A stretch of 10,307 nt of DNA from Gemmatimonadota bacterium (GTDB lineage Bacteria; Gemmatimonadota; Gemmatimonadetes; Longimicrobiales; RSA9). Both the position numbers and the translations under genes were made by a program. The notes beneath the pieces were generated by a model. It worked only from the letters and a program-made list of their open reading frames with translations. It had not been told where the DNA came from and searched no databases. The stretch is taken from positions 1-10,307 of the forward strand of contig JBBDRO010000022.1 in assembly GCA_040905425.1 (NCBI GenBank), given 5' to 3'. This document shows, piece after piece, positions 7,112 to 10,307 of the stretch (position 1 is its first letter; every line of letters starts with the position of its first letter).

Positions 7112-8421
7112 GGTGTTTGTTCGTGTCCGCTGCTCCGGGCGGCGCCGTAGCGGCCCATACGGACGTGCCGCATGCCGGCCCCCAGCGTGAGTCCCACGGA
7201 GAGATGCCACTGCTCTGCCCGGCCGTACTGCTCCACCGGGTCGTAGATGGAACCGGTGAGCTCCGCCACGGTCTGCCAGGACGCCTCCACGAAGGGCGTG
7301 GCGCGAAGCGGGCCCACGCCGCGGCGGTGCTCCGCGCGGCCCGAGACCACCACCCAGCGCGTCACACCCACCAGGTGGGCGTCCGCGTGCGGGTAGGGGG
7401 TGCGGAACGGGTCGCTCAGCCGCTCCTCCTCGGGGCGGGTGCTCCGCTCCAGGCGGAGCGCGCCGCCCCAGGCGCCGCGCCGCAGCGCCGCCTCGCCGAG
7501 GACGCTCTCAAAGGTGTACACCCGCCGGCCCTCTTCGTGCTCGCTCGTGCGGGCCCACTCGACCAGGCCGTAGGCGGAGCCGCCCGCCAGCGGCACTTCC
7601 GCACGCGCGGACGCGCTGTACTTGCGGTGGTCCAGCGCGATACCGCGGATGCGCTGGTCGGCGGCCACGCGGGCGGTGCTGACCTGCAGCTCGAGGCCGG
7701 GGCGGGGCAGCGCCGTTAGCCGGGCCGCCCACGAGCGGCCGAAGCCGTCCAGCCCGCCCACGTCCTCCGGGCTGCGGGGTTCGGCGCCCGTGAAGATGCC
7801 CGCCTCCGCCACCACGGGACCGCGCGCCCAGGCCGCGCTGGCCAGCACCCGCTCGGGGAGCTGCGCCAGGTGGTGGTTCAGGGGGAACTTGATGAACGGC
7901 CGGGCCATGGGGTCGTCCGTGCCGAAGGGCGCGAAGCCGCGGCCCACCGATAACGAGGCGCTTCCGCCCGCCACGGGCGTCCGGCCCGAGAGCACCAGCT
8001 CGTGCAGGTAGGTGTGCGGATGGCGCCGGTCCACGTAGCCCTCCCCCCATATGCCGGCGGTCAGCTCGCCGCGCTGGAGGGTGAGCCCTTCCAGGTTGAG
8101 CATGCCCGTGGCGCTGAGCCGCCCGCCGGCCAGGGTGGCCGCGGCGGTGAGCACCGGCTGTGTCAGGTAGCCCTCCGTCAGCGTGCGGTCGGCCAGCGCG
8201 GGGGCGGCGCGCGTGAGCAGGCCGGTGGCGGAGGCGCCCAGGTGCAGCGCCGCGCCGGCGGGCGGCGTGGCGGGCGGTGGGGCGTGTGCGTGGTTCTGGG
8301 CGGCCGCGCCGGTGGTGGCGGTGGCGAGGGTGAGCGCGGCCACGGCCAGGCGGAGGGCACGCGGGCGCGGGGCCGGCGAGGCGGCGGTCGGCCATGCGGG
8401 GCGCGCGGTGCAGGCGTGCAA
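7108..8421 (-). CDS. Putative outer-membrane beta-barrel protein of unknown function, His-rich; start uncertain (TTG 8421 or CTG 8445)
   Basis: Signal peptide RALRLAVAALTLATATTGAAA-Q followed by NHAHA. Many amphipathic strands with alternating hydrophobic residues (SWAARLTA, LELQVSTARV, YSASARAE, YGLVEWAR, TPFVEASW, WHLSVGLTL). Motif WGEGYVDRRHPHTYLHEL. Translationally coupled to the downstream lipoprotein. Confidence 0.7.
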   Translation of the reverse strand: MHACTARPAWPTAASPAPRPRALRLAVAALTLATATTGAAAQNHAHAPPPATPPAGAALHLGASATGLLTRAAPALADRTLTEGYLTQPVLTAAATLAGGRLSATGMLNLEGLTLQRGELTAGIWGEGYVDRRHPHTYLHELVLSGRTPVAGGSASLSVGRGFAPFGTDDPMARPFIKFPLNHHLAQLPERVLASAAWARGPVVAEAGIFTGAEPRSPEDVGGLDGFGRSWAARLTALPRPGLELQVSTARVAADQRIRGIALDHRKYSASARAEVPLAGGSAYGLVEWARTSEHEEGRRVYTFESVLGEAALRRGAWGGALRLERSTRPEEERLSDPFRTPYPHADAHLVGVTRWVVVSGRAEHRRGVGPLRATPFVEASWQTVAELTGSIYDPVEQYGRAEQWHLSVGLTLGAGMRHVRMGRYGAARSSGHEQTP

Positions 8422-8441
8422 CGCGGTCAGGGCGGCGGCGC

Positions 8442-9245
8442 TCAGCGGCGCTCTGCCTTGGCCGCCAGCTTCGGCGTGCGGGCTTGCACCGCCGCCGGCA
8501 CGCGCGGATCGGGCGGCGCGGAGCGGCGGCGGCGGCGCAGCCGCATGCTGCTGCACGCGCCCGCCTGGCAGCCCACCCGCTCGGCGATGGCGCGCCACGG
8601 TTCACCGTGTCCGCGGTGGCCGTGTTCGAGCCAGGCCTCTGCGTGCGCCATCTCGTGTAGCATGGTGTCCAGCAGCGCCCCCTCGTTGCTCTCCAGCATG
8701 AGGTCGGCGTTCAGGGCCAGTTCCGAAACCACGTGCCGGCCCCGGCGCCGATCGTAGGCCACGTGCCCGAAGCGGCGCCGCATGCGGGCGCTCAGGCGGA
8801 GCGGCAGGTCCGCCGGGAGGCGCCCGCCGAAGTGGGAGCGATTCAGGTTGCGGTACAGGGTGCGCAGGTAGCGGTCCTGGGCGGGCGTGGCGCAGGTGGG
8901 CGCCGGCCGGGGGGGCTCCGCGGCCTGCTCGGCCTGGCGCTCCCACCACGCGCGCATGCGCGCCACGTTCTCCCGGAAGGCCGCCGTGCGCTGGGGCAGG
9001 AGGACGAAGGCGGCCACGGCGTCCAGCACGCCCTCGGGGGCCGTGCGGAAGCATTCGTGGACGTTCAGGGTGGAGCCGCGCGCGGAGATGGAGACGATGC
9101 GGGTCCGGTTGGGCTTGAAACGGACCTGGCGGATGCGCGTCACGCCGCGCGCCACCATGGCTTCGAGGAAGGCCTCCTCGTCCAGGGCCGCGAAGGCAAG
9201 GCTCAGCTGGTCATCCGACCGGCGACGGGAACGGGCTCGGCTCAC
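8442..9245 (-). CDS. SprT-like zinc metalloprotease domain protein, about 267 aa
   Basis: LYRNLNRSHFGGRLP, RMRRRFG, TMLHEMAH (HExxH, 8643-8657) and HGEPWRAIA are diagnostic SprT-family motifs. GTG 9245 has an AGGTG RBS 7 nt upstream and is preferred over 9440. Confidence 0.88.
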   Translation of the reverse strand: MSRARSRRRSDDQLSLAFAALDEEAFLEAMVARGVTRIRQVRFKPNRTRIVSISARGSTLNVHECFRTAPEGVLDAVAAFVLLPQRTAAFRENVARMRAWWERQAEQAAEPPRPAPTCATPAQDRYLRTLYRNLNRSHFGGRLPADLPLRLSARMRRRFGHVAYDRRRGRHVVSELALNADLMLESNEGALLDTMLHEMAHAEAWLEHGHRGHGEPWRAIAERVGCQAGACSSMRLRRRRRSAPPDPRVPAAVQARTPKLAAKAERR

Positions 9246-9394
9246 CTGAAAACACCTGCGTGAGAAGCGTGAATGAAGCCTGAGAACGGCGTTTCCAGCC
9301 GCCCTGCATGGGGCGTGCCCCCTCCTGTCCGGGCGCGCCGCCGTTGCCCCGCGCGGCGCGATGAGACAAATAGAAACCCGGTGGCGGGAACGGC

Positions 9395-9446
9395 GCAACG
9401 GGGGCTCCGGCCCGGCCGACGCAACCTCCAGCCGTCCCACCGTGTC
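9395..9446 (+). promoter_or_regulatory. Candidate ECF-sigma autoregulatory promoter(s)
   Basis: GCAAC-N17-TGTC (9421-9446), immediately preceded by GCAAC-N17-CGAC (9395-9420). Both fit the AAC(-35)/CGT-GTC(-10) ECF pattern. Confidence 0.5.
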
Positions 9447-9448
9447 CC

Positions 9449-10042
9449 ATGAACCGAGAGCACGATCGTGACTTCGACAGCAGAGACCGGGTGGACGAGG
9501 CCGAGCTGATCCAGCGCGTGCTGCGCGGCGAGCCCGCGGCGGAGCGGGAACTCTACGACGCCCATGTGGAGCGGGTCTACAGCCTGTGCTATCGGCTGGC
9601 GGGCGGGGATCCCGACCTGGCGGCGGATTTCACGCAGGAGGCCTTCGTCCGGGCGTTCGAGAAGCTGGGCACCTTCCAGGGTCGCTCGCGGCTCTCCACC
9701 TGGCTGCACTCCGTGGCCGTCTCGGTGGGGCTGAACGGCATACGCAAGGTCAAGCGGAACCGGCAGCGGGAGACGGCGCTGGACAGCGTCCCCCCCGCGG
9801 CGCTGGCCACGCGGGATCGGCAGGTGGAGCCGGATCTGAAACAGCGCCTGCGGGAGGCCGTGGGGGGGTTGCCGGAGAAATACCGGACGGTGTTCGTGAT
9901 GTACGACGTAGAGGGCTACACGCACGAGGAGATCGGCGCCGCGCTGGCCATGCCCGTGGGCACGTCCAAGGCGCGCCTCTCCAGGGCCCGCGCCAAGCTG
10001 CGGGAATGCCTGGCGGAATTCGCGGGAGAGTGGGCCGTATGA
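9449..10042 (+). CDS. ECF (sigma-70 family group 4) RNA polymerase sigma factor; alternative start GTG 9491
   Basis: Region 2 AADFTQEAFVRAF...RLSTWLHSVA and region 4.2 EGYTHEEIGAALAMPVGTSKARLSRARAKL. No region 3. Confidence 0.95.
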   Translation: MNREHDRDFDSRDRVDEAELIQRVLRGEPAAERELYDAHVERVYSLCYRLAGGDPDLAADFTQEAFVRAFEKLGTFQGRSRLSTWLHSVAVSVGLNGIRKVKRNRQRETALDSVPPAALATRDRQVEPDLKQRLREAVGGLPEKYRTVFVMYDVEGYTHEEIGAALAMPVGTSKARLSRARAKLRECLAEFAGEWAV

Positions 10043-10307
10043 CCCGGGAGCACGAGGACGGCATGAGCCATAGGGACGGCGAGCGCGCTGACGAGGCGCT
10101 GGGTGCGCTGGTGCGGGAGCTGGATCCCGTGCCGGAGGTGCCGCGGGAAGCGCTCTGGGCGCGCATCCAGGAGGAGCGGGCGCAGCGGCGAGCCGAGGTG
10201 ATCCCCTTCCGCCGGCGCATGGTCCGGCCGGCGTGGCGCGTGGCCGCCGTACTGGCCGCCACGCTGGTGGTGGGCGTGGGCATCGGCCGCATGAGCCGGG
10301 CGCCGGT
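10039..10307 (+). CDS. Probable membrane-anchored anti-sigma factor (5' part only; truncated by the window edge)
   Basis: Not in the ORF track. ATG 10039 overlaps the sigma TGA (ATGA), with GGAG upstream. Translation MTREHEDGMSHRDGERADEALGALVRELDPVPEVPREALWARIQEERAQRRAEVIPFRRRMVRPAWRVAAVLAATLVVGVGIGRMSRAP shows a P..LWARI helix followed by a TM segment, as is typical of anti-sigma factors. Confidence 0.8.
   Translation, partial: MTREHEDGMSHRDGERADEALGALVRELDPVPEVPREALWARIQEERAQRRAEVIPFRRRMVRPAWRVAAVLAATLVVGVGIGRMSRAP

Noticed and set aside
7508..8605. 365-aa minus-strand alternative-frame ORF (similarly 5035-5991, 7087-7719, 8002-8757, 9242-9925, 9750-10292)
   Set aside because: Arg/Pro/Ala-rich off-frame or antisense translations overlapping better-supported genes.

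Overview
High-GC bacterial chromosomal segment. The gene repertoire and style suggest Gemmatimonadota (Longimicrobiales-like), which is an inference. The window opens with the terminal repeat of an insertion sequence (1-54). In order, it then carries: a 6-bladed NHL-type beta-propeller lipoprotein (+); a secreted beta-lactamase-fold serine hydrolase (+); a divergent pair of an AarF/UbiB (ABC1) atypical kinase (-) and an SDR oxidoreductase (+); a probable three-gene minus-strand operon of a SprT-like zinc protease, a His-rich putative outer-membrane beta-barrel and an LVIVD-repeat lipoprotein; and a divergent ECF sigma factor with a translationally coupled membrane anti-sigma that is cut by the window edge. 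The main lead is the SprT-like protease. It has an N-terminal beta-clamp-binding-like motif (QLSLAF), an apparent degenerate second zincin half-domain and an Arg-rich tail, which parallels the eukaryotic DNA-protein crosslink protease SPRTN. Other leads are a perfect 11-bp inverted repeat sitting on the stop codons of the kinase/SDR pair, a sigma54-type promoter, tandem ECF-type promoters and a dif-like palindrome.
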